Origin: Thermodesulfobacteriota bacterium
GTDB taxonomy: Bacteria > Desulfobacterota_D > UBA1144 > Nemesobacterales > Mycalebacteriaceae
DNA: 64,000 nucleotides
Direction of reading: 5' to 3'
Assembly (NCBI GenBank): GCA_965226585.1
Contig: OZ245366.1
Span: 192,001-256,000 of the forward strand
This document shows, one piece after another, positions 31,858 to 40,607 of the stretch. The notes under the pieces are model-generated. The model ran no database searches and was not told where the DNA came from. It worked only from the letters and a program-made list of their open reading frames with translations. The translations under genes were made by a program, and so were the position numbers. Position 1 is the first letter of the stretch, and each line of letters begins with the position of its first letter.

Positions 31858-32916
31858 ATGGCTAATCAGATTAAATTCGGACTTTCGGCTCCGATGCCCG
31901 GAGCGGACACGGCGGGGATTCTTGAGTTTTCAAAAAAGGCGGACAAACTGGGTTTTGACACAATCTGGTATCCCGACCACACGGTTTTTGTTGCCCCCGG
32001 GGCGATTGCTCCCGAAGCGTGGACGGTTGCCTCTGCGGCGGCGGGGATAACCTCGCAAATCCAGCTCGGAACCGTTTCCGACCCTCACAAGGTGCATCCC
32101 TCAACCTTCGCCCAGCGGCTTGCCACGATTGACCATCTGTCAAAAGGCAGGGTAACCGTTGCGATGGGGGTTGGAGAGTCAATGAACCTTGACGCTTACG
32201 GAATCCCCTGGAACAAGCCGTTCACGAGAATGAAAGAGGCGGTTGAGGTTATGCAGTTGCTGTGGAAAAACGGTGAAGACAGCCCGGTTAACTATGACGG
32301 CGAGTTTTTCAAACTGAGTGACGCTTTTCTGCAAATCCGCCCTTATGAGCGCGAAAGAATTCCGGTTTATTTCGCCACGCACACACCGAAGGGGCTTGCT
32401 CTTACGGGAGAGGTGGGAGACGGCTGGCTGCCGATTGACCTGAACCCGTCTCTTTACGAAAAGTATCTGGCGGATATACATGCGTCTGCGGACAAAGCCG
32501 GAAGGGACAGAGATGAGATAGACCCCGCGCTGTGGGTGTTCACTTCGCTCGGCGAGAACGAGGATGAGGCGTATAAGACGCTTGAGCCGTTCAAGTATGT
32601 GTTGATTATGCAGGAGCAGTTAAAGGCGGCGGGCTATGACGTGAAAATTCCCGATGAGTACAAGGGTTTGAACTATTTCAACATAGTTCCGCAAGACACC
32701 GAAGGCAGGGCGAAGTTTCGTGAAATAGGGCAGTTTTTCCCCCGCGAGGCGATTATGGACTTCACCATCACGGGTTCAAAGGACGACTGCATAAAGAGGA
32801 TTGAGGCTTTCATAGACAAAGGCGTGCGGAACTTTGTGTTGTTCTACCGCTTCAGCCCGGATCCTGAAAAGGCGCTTGAAACTTACGCGAAAGAGATAAT
32901 TCCGTATTTCAAATGA
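31858..32916 (+). CDS. LLM-class F420-dependent oxidoreductase (FGD/Mer-like)
   Basis: GFDTIWYPDH, LATIDHLSKGR, GVGESMN, GEVGDGW. Confidence 0.9.
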   Translation: MANQIKFGLSAPMPGADTAGILEFSKKADKLGFDTIWYPDHTVFVAPGAIAPEAWTVASAAAGITSQIQLGTVSDPHKVHPSTFAQRLATIDHLSKGRVTVAMGVGESMNLDAYGIPWNKPFTRMKEAVEVMQLLWKNGEDSPVNYDGEFFKLSDAFLQIRPYERERIPVYFATHTPKGLALTGEVGDGWLPIDLNPSLYEKYLADIHASADKAGRDRDEIDPALWVFTSLGENEDEAYKTLEPFKYVLIMQEQLKAAGYDVKIPDEYKGLNYFNIVPQDTEGRAKFREIGQFFPREAIMDFTITGSKDDCIKRIEAFIDKGVRNFVLFYRFSPDPEKALETYAKEIIPYFK

Positions 32917-33236
32917 GAATGTGGGGAGTAAATCCCGCGCTTTTGTGCGACAGGCACCTGCTTGGCGAGCATGTGGAGATGCATATGTTCGCGGGAACAA
33001 TCAAAAAGGGCATAAGCACAAGGGGCTATGAGGAAACCGGACTTGTGGATTTGTCTAAAATCCGCGCCCGCCACGACAGAATCGCAAAAGAGATGAAACG
33101 CAGGGGAATGAACCATAAGTCGCCCATAGATAGGGTTTCAGACGGTTTGAAAGGCGGAAGTATTGATATTAAGGCGAATTTGAGGGAACTCAAACGCAGG
33201 TGTTCAACCTGCAGAAGAATACAAACGAAAATTTGA
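32913..33236 (+). CDS. Pyrimidine dimer DNA glycosylase / T4 endonuclease V-like protein
   Basis: MRMWGVNPALLCDRHLLGEHVEMH N-terminus and EMKRRGMNH; ATGA overlap with the LLM gene. Confidence 0.8.
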   Translation: MRMWGVNPALLCDRHLLGEHVEMHMFAGTIKKGISTRGYEETGLVDLSKIRARHDRIAKEMKRRGMNHKSPIDRVSDGLKGGSIDIKANLRELKRRCSTCRRIQTKI

Positions 33237-33273
33237 TTTTGGTATACATTGCAGGAACGAATGTATACAAAAA
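33237..33273. repeat. Inverted repeat TTTTGGTATACATT / AATGTATACAAAAA; left arm repeated at about 33321
   Basis: 14-bp arms with one mismatch and a 9-nt loop; GATTTTGGTATACAT occurs at 33235 and 33319. Confidence 0.7.
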
Positions 33274-33341
33274 GGCGTTTTAGTATCTATTGGCGGGGTG
33301 AATAGAGACTCAAAGTGCGATTTTGGTATACATCTGGAGAT

Positions 33342-33515
33342 TTGTGTAAAGTTTGAGGGCAAATACTTTATACAAGCTGTTTTGTGGAAAGTAGAATATA
33401 GACAAACTTCCTTGTGTAAAGTTTGAAGGCAAATACTTTATACAAACCATTTAATGGAAAGTAGAATACGAACAAACTGCTTTGTGTAAAGTTTAAGGTG
33501 TTATACTTTACACAA
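33342..33515 (+). repeat. Tandem array, 70-bp period, 2.5 units, each with a 34-bp palindromic core
   Basis: TTGTGTAAAGT-N12-ACTTTA(T/C)ACAA starts at 33342, 33412 and 33482; the two 36-bp linkers match at 26/36 positions. Confidence 0.92.
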
Positions 33516-33543
33516 GCAGTCTGACTTGATAGAATTGCTTATT

Positions 33544-34674
33544 ATGCAACCTTTCATCCCGGATGAACTGCCGATTCAGTCCATAAACTATGCAGATGGC
33601 GGTCTTGTCAGACTCATGGGAGAGGCAAACAGGGCACTTTCCCGCTACGATGCTCTGGTTCAGCATTCAAGGAGCCCTCAACTTATCCTTGCCCCCCTTG
33701 TCAGCCGTGAGGCGATGTTGTCTTCGCGCATAGAGGGTTCTCAATCCACCCTGACGGAGGTTTTACAGTTTGAGGAAAGTGAAACATCCGCACTCAAAGG
33801 TGAGCAGAGGGATGATCTTAACGAAATCAAAAACTATATCTCCGCCTTGCGTCTCGGAGAACAGACTCTTAAAGAGAGACCTTTTTCCCTGAACATCCTC
33901 AGGGAACTTCATGGAAAACTCCTCGGAACCGGAAGCGTGAGAGGAAAAACAAAAAATCCGGGAAATTTCCGCACAAGGCAGAATTGGATTGGATTTCCGG
34001 GAATGTCGGTTGAGCAGGCGAGTTTCGTGCCACCGGAGCCGGTTCTGGTTCAGGAGTTCATGGAAAAGTGGGAAAGTTTTTATCACTCTGATCAACCTGA
34101 CGCTCTCATACAGGCGGCTGTTATTCACGCCCAGTTTGAGTTAATCCACCCGTTTGAAGATGGCAACGGAAGGCTGGGACGTTTGCTGATTCCTCTTTTC
34201 CTTCATGAAAAGGAGATTATTTCGCGTCCGAATTTCTACCCTTCCGCATATCTTGAGAGGAACCGGGATATGTACATAGACGCTTTGAAGCAACTCGGCG
34301 GAGAGCGAGACAAGTGGAATAACTGGGTGATGTTTTTTCTGAAAGCCGTTGTTTCACAGGCAACTGAGGATTCCGCAAAGGTAAAAAGGCTGATGGATAT
34401 CTACGAAGATTTGAAATCGCGCGTTGTTGACATAACGCGCTCGAAATTTGCGGTACCAGTGCTTGACGTAATCTTTGAAAGACCTGTCTTCGGCATAACA
34501 ATGATTGCAAAAAAACTATCGGGCATGGAGAGACCGCCCACTACTACTACTATCGGGCAAATTTTGAAGAATCTGGAAGGTGAGGGGGTTGTGGGAATAG
34601 TGAGTCAAGGAAAAGGGAGAAGACGCACAATTTACCAGTTAAATGAACTGATGGACCTGCTTGAGGAGGGGTAA
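33544..34674 (+). CDS. Fic family protein, class II (SoFic-like) with probable C-terminal winged HTH
   Basis: HPFEDGNGRLGR Fic motif; N-terminal inhibitory motif SSRIEG; C-terminal TTIGQILKNLEGEGVV...GRRRTIY. Alternative TTG start at 33526. Confidence 0.92.
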   Translation: MQPFIPDELPIQSINYADGGLVRLMGEANRALSRYDALVQHSRSPQLILAPLVSREAMLSSRIEGSQSTLTEVLQFEESETSALKGEQRDDLNEIKNYISALRLGEQTLKERPFSLNILRELHGKLLGTGSVRGKTKNPGNFRTRQNWIGFPGMSVEQASFVPPEPVLVQEFMEKWESFYHSDQPDALIQAAVIHAQFELIHPFEDGNGRLGRLLIPLFLHEKEIISRPNFYPSAYLERNRDMYIDALKQLGGERDKWNNWVMFFLKAVVSQATEDSAKVKRLMDIYEDLKSRVVDITRSKFAVPVLDVIFERPVFGITMIAKKLSGMERPPTTTTIGQILKNLEGEGVVGIVSQGKGRRRTIYQLNELMDLLEEG

Positions 34675-34791
34675 AGGGCAAATTGACGGTGGGTTGACTT
34701 GTTCGGTGTGTAATGAAGAATAGCAAGAACAAGGTAAAGTCTACTGAAGAAACATTGGGTAATTAAGGGAATTGCAATATAGAGAAGCAAA

Positions 34792-36864
34792 ATGGCTACC
34801 GAAAGAAAACTAAGGGAAGAACTAGGAAAAATCACTAGGGAAGATGTAGAGCGAGGCATTCAAAAGTTTAAAGAAAACTCTGAGTTAATGCCACCCAACA
34901 GAGAATCTACCGAATATGACATTGTTATTGATAACAACGATAGATTTCCACCTAAAGAGAGTGTTCGCTATGCCTATATTGCGGCATTAGAGAGATTGGG
35001 CAATCTTTCTGAAATATACGAGGGGAAATTTCCAGATGACCCATATAGCGACCAAGAATTCATCCGTTCCGCATTACCAGAAAAGAATGATGACGAATTT
35101 AATTCTGATGAAGCAAGGACAATTTTACAAAACCTAGGATTCAGTATTTTAAGAAAAAACCAAAAAAACAATATTTGGATTGTCCGAAATGGAAGTCAAA
35201 ATGAGTTTGAAGAGAAGTGCCTTGAAAAAGGATGCGTAATTGAAGGACATAGAGGGGATGATTTGACAGGGCTAACAAAAAAACAGATAAAAAATCGCTT
35301 GCAAAATGATGAGAAATATACTTCCAAACCAAAAACGACCATAAGTAAGTGGGCAAACGAATTGCTCCATTTTGCCTCAACAATGAGCAAGGGCGATAAA
35401 GTTTTTATGCCACTAAAAGACACTACATTGGTGGCGGTTGGTATAATTGAGGGAAATTATTCTTATGAGAACAACACACATATTCGTCCAGTCCGTTGGA
35501 CAAAAAAGGCGGTAGCACGGACAGAATTTTCTGAAATCGAAACAAAATTAAGGGGGCAGGGCACTGTTTTTAAAGTAACGGATGATTTTGACAGCAGTGA
35601 CCAGACAGACAGAATGACTGAAACAAATAAAACAAGTGAATTATTGGAAATTTTTTCTCAAATAATTTTGCAAGGTCCTCCAGGAACCGGAAAAACTTTT
35701 GAAGCACAAAACATAGCCAAACAAATGACCGGAGATGAGGAACAGGGCAACAGATGGGAAATAATACAGTTCCATCCCTCATACAACTATGAAGACTTTG
35801 TGCGTGGGATTCAGATTAGAACCGAAAACGAAAAGACAGTATATGAAACGGTTAATAGAGTTCTCGTCAAAATGGCAAATAAGGCAAGAAAAGACAGAGA
35901 AAATGACTATGTTCTGATAATTGACGAAATCAACCGCGCAAATATTGCAACGGTTCTGGGTGAACTGATATATGCGTTGGAGTATAGAGGGCAGCCCGTC
36001 CATACACCTTACGAAATAGATGGGAATGCGTACATAAAACTACCGGAAAATCTCTACATTATTGGCACAATGAACACGGCAGACCGCACAATCGGAACTA
36101 TAGACTACGCAGTTAGGAGAAGATTTGCTTTTGTCTCACTTTTACCAAACAAGAAAGTTGTAAAAGAAAATAGCGAGACAGAAAAATCTGTTCAACTGTT
36201 TGAGATGGTCTCTGAACTGTTCAATAACAATGAATTCCTCTCTCCCGACTACGATTCCAGTGATGTTGCTATCGGACACACTTATTTTCTTGCTAGAGAC
36301 AAAAAAACACTAAAAAACAAAATTGAGTACCAAGTCATTCCTATTCTAAGAGAGTATGCGAAAGATGGTATTTTCAGAAACCAAGAGGCAGTTGAGAAAA
36401 AGATAGAGCAAATAAAACAAGTTTTAGATGGCTTGGAGGATACAGAAAGCCTAAAAGAGGAAGAACGAAGCGGAGAAAGAGTAAAATTTAGATGGGAAAA
36501 CAATAAATATGGAACACAAAACAAAGATCTTGGAGTTGGGAGACTTGTTTTGGATATAGTTCGGGACTATGCAAAAAATACAAAACCTCATAACATTCAA
36601 GATCTCAAAAAAGCTTTTCCTGATAGTTTACATAGCTATGGGATAGTACAACTCCGAGATGACCCAAATTCCAATCAATATTTAAGGGAAGAGGGATCTC
36701 GTTACAGTAGATTTTTTTCTAAAGATGAAGAGCTTATAATACTTCCAGACGGCAAGAGCGTCATGGTTTGTGGGGAATGGGGAGCAAGAAATGCCTCCAA
36801 ACCTGGTTTTGATCAATTTAAAGAACACTGTAAAACTCTCGGCTACGAAATAGAGGAGATTTAA
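34792..36864 (+). CDS. mcrB: McrB-like AAA+ GTPase of a modification-dependent (type IV) restriction system
   Basis: GPPGTGKT Walker A, QFHPSYNYEDFV, IIDEINRAN Walker B, GTMNTADR signature, DYAVRRRF; AT-rich. Confidence 0.92.
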   Translation: MATERKLREELGKITREDVERGIQKFKENSELMPPNRESTEYDIVIDNNDRFPPKESVRYAYIAALERLGNLSEIYEGKFPDDPYSDQEFIRSALPEKNDDEFNSDEARTILQNLGFSILRKNQKNNIWIVRNGSQNEFEEKCLEKGCVIEGHRGDDLTGLTKKQIKNRLQNDEKYTSKPKTTISKWANELLHFASTMSKGDKVFMPLKDTTLVAVGIIEGNYSYENNTHIRPVRWTKKAVARTEFSEIETKLRGQGTVFKVTDDFDSSDQTDRMTETNKTSELLEIFSQIILQGPPGTGKTFEAQNIAKQMTGDEEQGNRWEIIQFHPSYNYEDFVRGIQIRTENEKTVYETVNRVLVKMANKARKDRENDYVLIIDEINRANIATVLGELIYALEYRGQPVHTPYEIDGNAYIKLPENLYIIGTMNTADRTIGTIDYAVRRRFAFVSLLPNKKVVKENSETEKSVQLFEMVSELFNNNEFLSPDYDSSDVAIGHTYFLARDKKTLKNKIEYQVIPILREYAKDGIFRNQEAVEKKIEQIKQVLDGLEDTESLKEEERSGERVKFRWENNKYGTQNKDLGVGRLVLDIVRDYAKNTKPHNIQDLKKAFPDSLHSYGIVQLRDDPNSNQYLREEGSRYSRFFSKDEELIILPDGKSVMVCGEWGARNASKPGFDQFKEHCKTLGYEIEEI

Positions 36865-38157
36865 TTGTCCTCCTACTATGAAACTATCACATCAAAAGAA
36901 CACAGCATTATTAAGTTCGGCGATGAACACAAAAAATGGCTTGATGGTCAGATGCTTAATAAACAAGAACTCCTTGGGTTGCACAGAAAACCCGATGGAA
37001 TCGCCCCCGGGAACTTTATCGGGGCAGTATGGATTGGCGAAAACGAAAATAAAACCCCTCTAATTGTTTCCTCAAAGTTTCCGGAAATGGACTATATGTC
37101 CATGTATCTGGACTGTGCGGAAGATATTGTCATCGGTGGACATCTTAAAAAGTGTTTCCACTTCTGGCCCGAACAACCGCCCATTGATGCTGATGAACTG
37201 CCAAAACTCAGCGAACTGTTGATTGCGGCATTCCTTATGGAACTGAATGAACTCTGCCTGAAACACCTGAGAAAGCATTTTGAGAGAGAAACGTCCAACC
37301 TGAGAGGCAAAGTGAAAGGCAAAATTCTTTTGCACCAACAGATTAGACAAAACCTTGTCTATGGACGGGAAGACAGCGTTTTTTGCTCATATCAAACCAT
37401 CAACCAAAATATCCCTGAAAACCGTGTTCTGCGCGCCGCACTCGAACAGTCAGCGAAGTTTATCAATGCAAGACCTGTCACCCACGATATTTTGAACCGT
37501 TGGGTACACTCAAACCGCTCCGCCCTATCCGGCGTTCCGGCTGTTGAGATTAACAAGTCGGATTTCCGCAATCTGCGCGTTCGCGGTTCCTTCTCTCACT
37601 ACCGCCGCGCTATTGAACTTGCGAAGTTTGTTCTTTTAAGACTTGGGACAAATCCACGAGCCGAAATAAGGGAAAACACTTCAACGCCGCCGTTTGCCAT
37701 AAATAGCGCGAAACTGTTTGAGAGATACGCCGAAAAAATACTCAGGGAAAAATATCCTGAATTGGAAGCGGGCGGCAGGGCGCACGGAGACAAGGATGGA
37801 TTTAATATTGAAGTGCGTCCGGATTTTTGGATAAGCGCAGATGCCGAACATCCCGCAATAATTATTGACGCAAAATACAAAAAAAAAGAGATTGACAATG
37901 AGAACGAGGATAAAAGTGAGAAACCATCAAGGGATGACGTATTCCAAGTAGTTTCCTATTCACAACACAAAAACCTGCTGAAAAAATTAAAATGTGAGAA
38001 CGGCGGCAATGTTCAACTTGCTCTCGTTTATCCGGGGTTTGAACAGGAAAACCAAATAACAAAAAACAAAACTGATAACTCTTTTTCAGCACCTATTGAA
38101 ATGTGGTTCGTTAAATGCCCGGCTATTAGTGAAAATTGGAAAGAAAAAGCGGCGTAA
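36865..38157 (+). CDS. mcrC: McrC-like PD-(D/E)XK nuclease subunit
   Basis: Starts right after the mcrB stop; NLRGKVKGKI, ENRVL, LFERY, RPD...IIDAKYK, DVFQVVSY. Confidence 0.9.
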   Translation: MSSYYETITSKEHSIIKFGDEHKKWLDGQMLNKQELLGLHRKPDGIAPGNFIGAVWIGENENKTPLIVSSKFPEMDYMSMYLDCAEDIVIGGHLKKCFHFWPEQPPIDADELPKLSELLIAAFLMELNELCLKHLRKHFERETSNLRGKVKGKILLHQQIRQNLVYGREDSVFCSYQTINQNIPENRVLRAALEQSAKFINARPVTHDILNRWVHSNRSALSGVPAVEINKSDFRNLRVRGSFSHYRRAIELAKFVLLRLGTNPRAEIRENTSTPPFAINSAKLFERYAEKILREKYPELEAGGRAHGDKDGFNIEVRPDFWISADAEHPAIIIDAKYKKKEIDNENEDKSEKPSRDDVFQVVSYSQHKNLLKKLKCENGGNVQLALVYPGFEQENQITKNKTDNSFSAPIEMWFVKCPAISENWKEKAA

Positions 38158-38160
38158 AAC

Positions 38161-38544
38161 CTACGTCTCAACATTCCCCGCCGCCACAAGCGGACCTGCG
38201 GCAACGAGTTTTTTATTTCTGGAATCCACTCTTAAATTAAGCCCTTCCAATGTTCTTGCTCCAAGCAACTGCAAGTCGCCTTTTTGGGCAAACACTATTT
38301 CATCCGTTGTAAAACTGTCTCCAACACGGATAACCGCAAAACCTATGGAACGGGTAATTGCCTGCCCGTTTGCCATAATAAAACCAATATCCTTTTTTTC
38401 CGGCTTAACGCCTATTTTTTCAAGTTGTTTATGGTCTATCCAAGTCAATTCACTGCCCGTGTCGACCATAACCTTCGGCACACGCACAGAACGTTTTCTG
38501 TCTTTCTGATTTTCAAGCAGACAACCTACGCTGAAAAGTCCCAT
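38161..38544 (-). CDS. Retropepsin-like (clan AA) aspartyl protease
   Basis: VMVDTGSELTWI catalytic motif, MANG flap, LLGARTLEGL; upstream TTGACA...TAAATT promoter-like sequence. Confidence 0.85.
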   Translation of the reverse strand: MGLFSVGCLLENQKDRKRSVRVPKVMVDTGSELTWIDHKQLEKIGVKPEKKDIGFIMANGQAITRSIGFAVIRVGDSFTTDEIVFAQKGDLQLLGARTLEGLNLRVDSRNKKLVAAGPLVAAGNVET

Positions 38545-38591
38545 TTTTTCACCATTAAAATTTAACAACACGCCACGCGCAGTGTCAAATC

Positions 38592-39083
38592 TCACCCCTC
38601 TTCCAGCACAACCAGCACCGCGCCGCCTTCTACGGTGTCGCCTTCGGCAACTTTAATCTCTTTTATCTTCCCTTCCATCGCGGCTTTCAACTCGCTTTCC
38701 ATCTTCATCGCTTCAACAACTATCACACCCTCGCCCGAATCTACGGAATCACCCTCTTTTTTCAGTATCTTCACAACCCTGCTGGGCATCGGTGACGAAA
38801 TCTGCAGACCAGTCTCTCCCGAAGACGCAGAAAGATCCCTCTCCGTTACAGACTCAAAATCATAGAGCGTCCCCTCATGAAAAACCTGCACCTTCCTGCC
38901 CTTCTTCATCACTCCAGCCGTGTAAGAGCCACTCTTATCGCAAACAATGGAAACAAGCGCGGGGTCAAGTCTTGCGAAATCAACCGTTGAGGAAAAATCG
39001 CCCGTCTCTACAACGGCGCGGCCGTTCTCCTCCTCTATATTAACGCGGAACTTTTCCGCGCCCAGTTTCAGAATATACTTCAT
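38592..39083 (-). CDS. Biotin carboxyl carrier subunit of an acyl-CoA carboxylase
   Basis: SPMP...VEAMKME biotinylation motif. Confidence 0.93.
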   Translation of the reverse strand: MKYILKLGAEKFRVNIEEENGRAVVETGDFSSTVDFARLDPALVSIVCDKSGSYTAGVMKKGRKVQVFHEGTLYDFESVTERDLSASSGETGLQISSPMPSRVVKILKKEGDSVDSGEGVIVVEAMKMESELKAAMEGKIKEIKVAEGDTVEGGAVLVVLEEG

Positions 39084-39089
39084 AAAATA

Positions 39090-40598
39090 TCAGCCCCAGC
39101 CGTCATTTCCGCCTCTTAAAACCGCTATCCTGCGGGCAAAACTCTTCCACCCGGAAACCGGCTTGCCCTTTTCGCCATCCTCATGCTCAACCGAACCGTA
39201 ATGAAGGGCGAGCGCGGCGGCAACCGCCGCTTTTTCCCTGCCGTCCTCACCGGGAGTCAGAAGTTCGGGATGCCTTTCTATAAATCCCGTGTCTATGTCC
39301 GCCGAAAGAAACTCAGGGTCTCGCATAACGCGCATAAGAAACCCTATGTTGGTCTTTGTGCCCAGAACCATGTACTCGCCCAGCGCGGCAGCCATCTTGT
39401 TTATCGCCTGCTCGCGAGTGTCCGCCCACACAACAAGTTTTGACAGCATCGGGTCGTAAAAAGACGTAACCTCGCAACCGCTGAATATCGCGGAATCATC
39501 TCTTATTCCCGGTCCGCCCGGGGTTTTAAGGTAGTCAATCGGTCCCGGAGAGGGAAGAAAATTGGTTTCCGGGTCTTCAGCGTAAATCCTGCACTCAACC
39601 GCGTGCCCGTTTATCTTGAAATCAGACTGCTTGAACGGCAGTTTCTCGCCGTCCGCTATCCGTATCATCCACTTCACTATGTCAAATCCGGTTATCATCT
39701 CGGTTACCGGATGCTCAACCTGTATGCGGGTGTTCATCTCCAGAAAATAGAAGTTCTGCTTCGCGTCCATTATGAACTCAACCGTTCCCGCGCCCCTGTA
39801 TGAAACCGCTTTGGAAATGTTCACGGCAACCTCGCCCATCTTCTTTCGGGTTGAATCCGAAACAAAACCGGAAGGCGCCTCCTCTATAACTTTCTGGTGG
39901 CGGCGCTGAATGGAGCACTCGCGCTCAAACAGGTGCAGAACATTGCCGTGCCCGTCCGCGATTATCTGAATCTCAATGTGGCGCGGCTTCTCAACAAAAC
40001 GCTCCATAAAAATAGAGTCGTCCCCGAAAGCGGAAAGCGCCTCGCTTTTTGCCATTCTCAGAGAACTTTCAAAATCCGCCGCGTCTCTCACTAGGCGCAT
40101 ACCCTTTCCGCCGCCGCCGGCAGACGCTTTTATCATCAGGGGATAGCCGATCTTTTTCGCCTCATCCGCCGCGTCTCTGTCGTCCACGGCTCCGTCTGTG
40201 CCGGGAACAAGCGGAACTTTGGCTTTTTTGGCGATGTTTCTCGCTGTTATCTTGTCGCCCATCTGCCTGATTGTGTTGGGGGCGGGACCTATGAAAACAA
40301 TTCCCGCGTCTTCGCAGTCTTGCGCGAAAGACTCTTTTTCTGAAAGGAACCCGAAACCGGGATGCACGGCTTCCGCGCCCGTTTGTTTACAGGCGTCTAT
40401 TATTTTTTCAGACACAAGGTAGCTCTCTGCGGGTTTAGAGCCCCCGATGTGAACCGCCTCATCGGCAAGCGATACGTGAACAGAATCCCTGTCTGCGTCT
40501 GAATAGACGGCGACTGTGGATATGCCCATCTCGCGGCACGCCCTTATTATCCTTACCGCTATCTCACCCCTGTTCGCTATAAGTATTTTGCCAAACAT
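39090..40598 (-). CDS. accC: Biotin carboxylase subunit of acetyl/propionyl-CoA carboxylase
   Basis: ILIANRGEIAVR, GGGGKGMR, ERECSIQRRHQK, EMNTRIQVEH, YDPMLSKL. Confidence 0.95.
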   Translation of the reverse strand: MFGKILIANRGEIAVRIIRACREMGISTVAVYSDADRDSVHVSLADEAVHIGGSKPAESYLVSEKIIDACKQTGAEAVHPGFGFLSEKESFAQDCEDAGIVFIGPAPNTIRQMGDKITARNIAKKAKVPLVPGTDGAVDDRDAADEAKKIGYPLMIKASAGGGGKGMRLVRDAADFESSLRMAKSEALSAFGDDSIFMERFVEKPRHIEIQIIADGHGNVLHLFERECSIQRRHQKVIEEAPSGFVSDSTRKKMGEVAVNISKAVSYRGAGTVEFIMDAKQNFYFLEMNTRIQVEHPVTEMITGFDIVKWMIRIADGEKLPFKQSDFKINGHAVECRIYAEDPETNFLPSPGPIDYLKTPGGPGIRDDSAIFSGCEVTSFYDPMLSKLVVWADTREQAINKMAAALGEYMVLGTKTNIGFLMRVMRDPEFLSADIDTGFIERHPELLTPGEDGREKAAVAAALALHYGSVEHEDGEKGKPVSGWKSFARRIAVLRGGNDGWG

Positions 40599-40607
40599 AT
40601 CGCGCGG

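Noticed and set aside
33342..33515. CRISPR array (34-bp palindromic repeat plus 36-bp spacer)
   Set aside because: The two spacers are homologous (26/36 identical), there are only three repeats and no cas genes are in the window. Kept as a tandem palindrome array instead.
33237..38160. Prophage, integrative element or transposon
   Set aside because: No integrase, transposase or phage gene, and I saw no flanking direct repeats.
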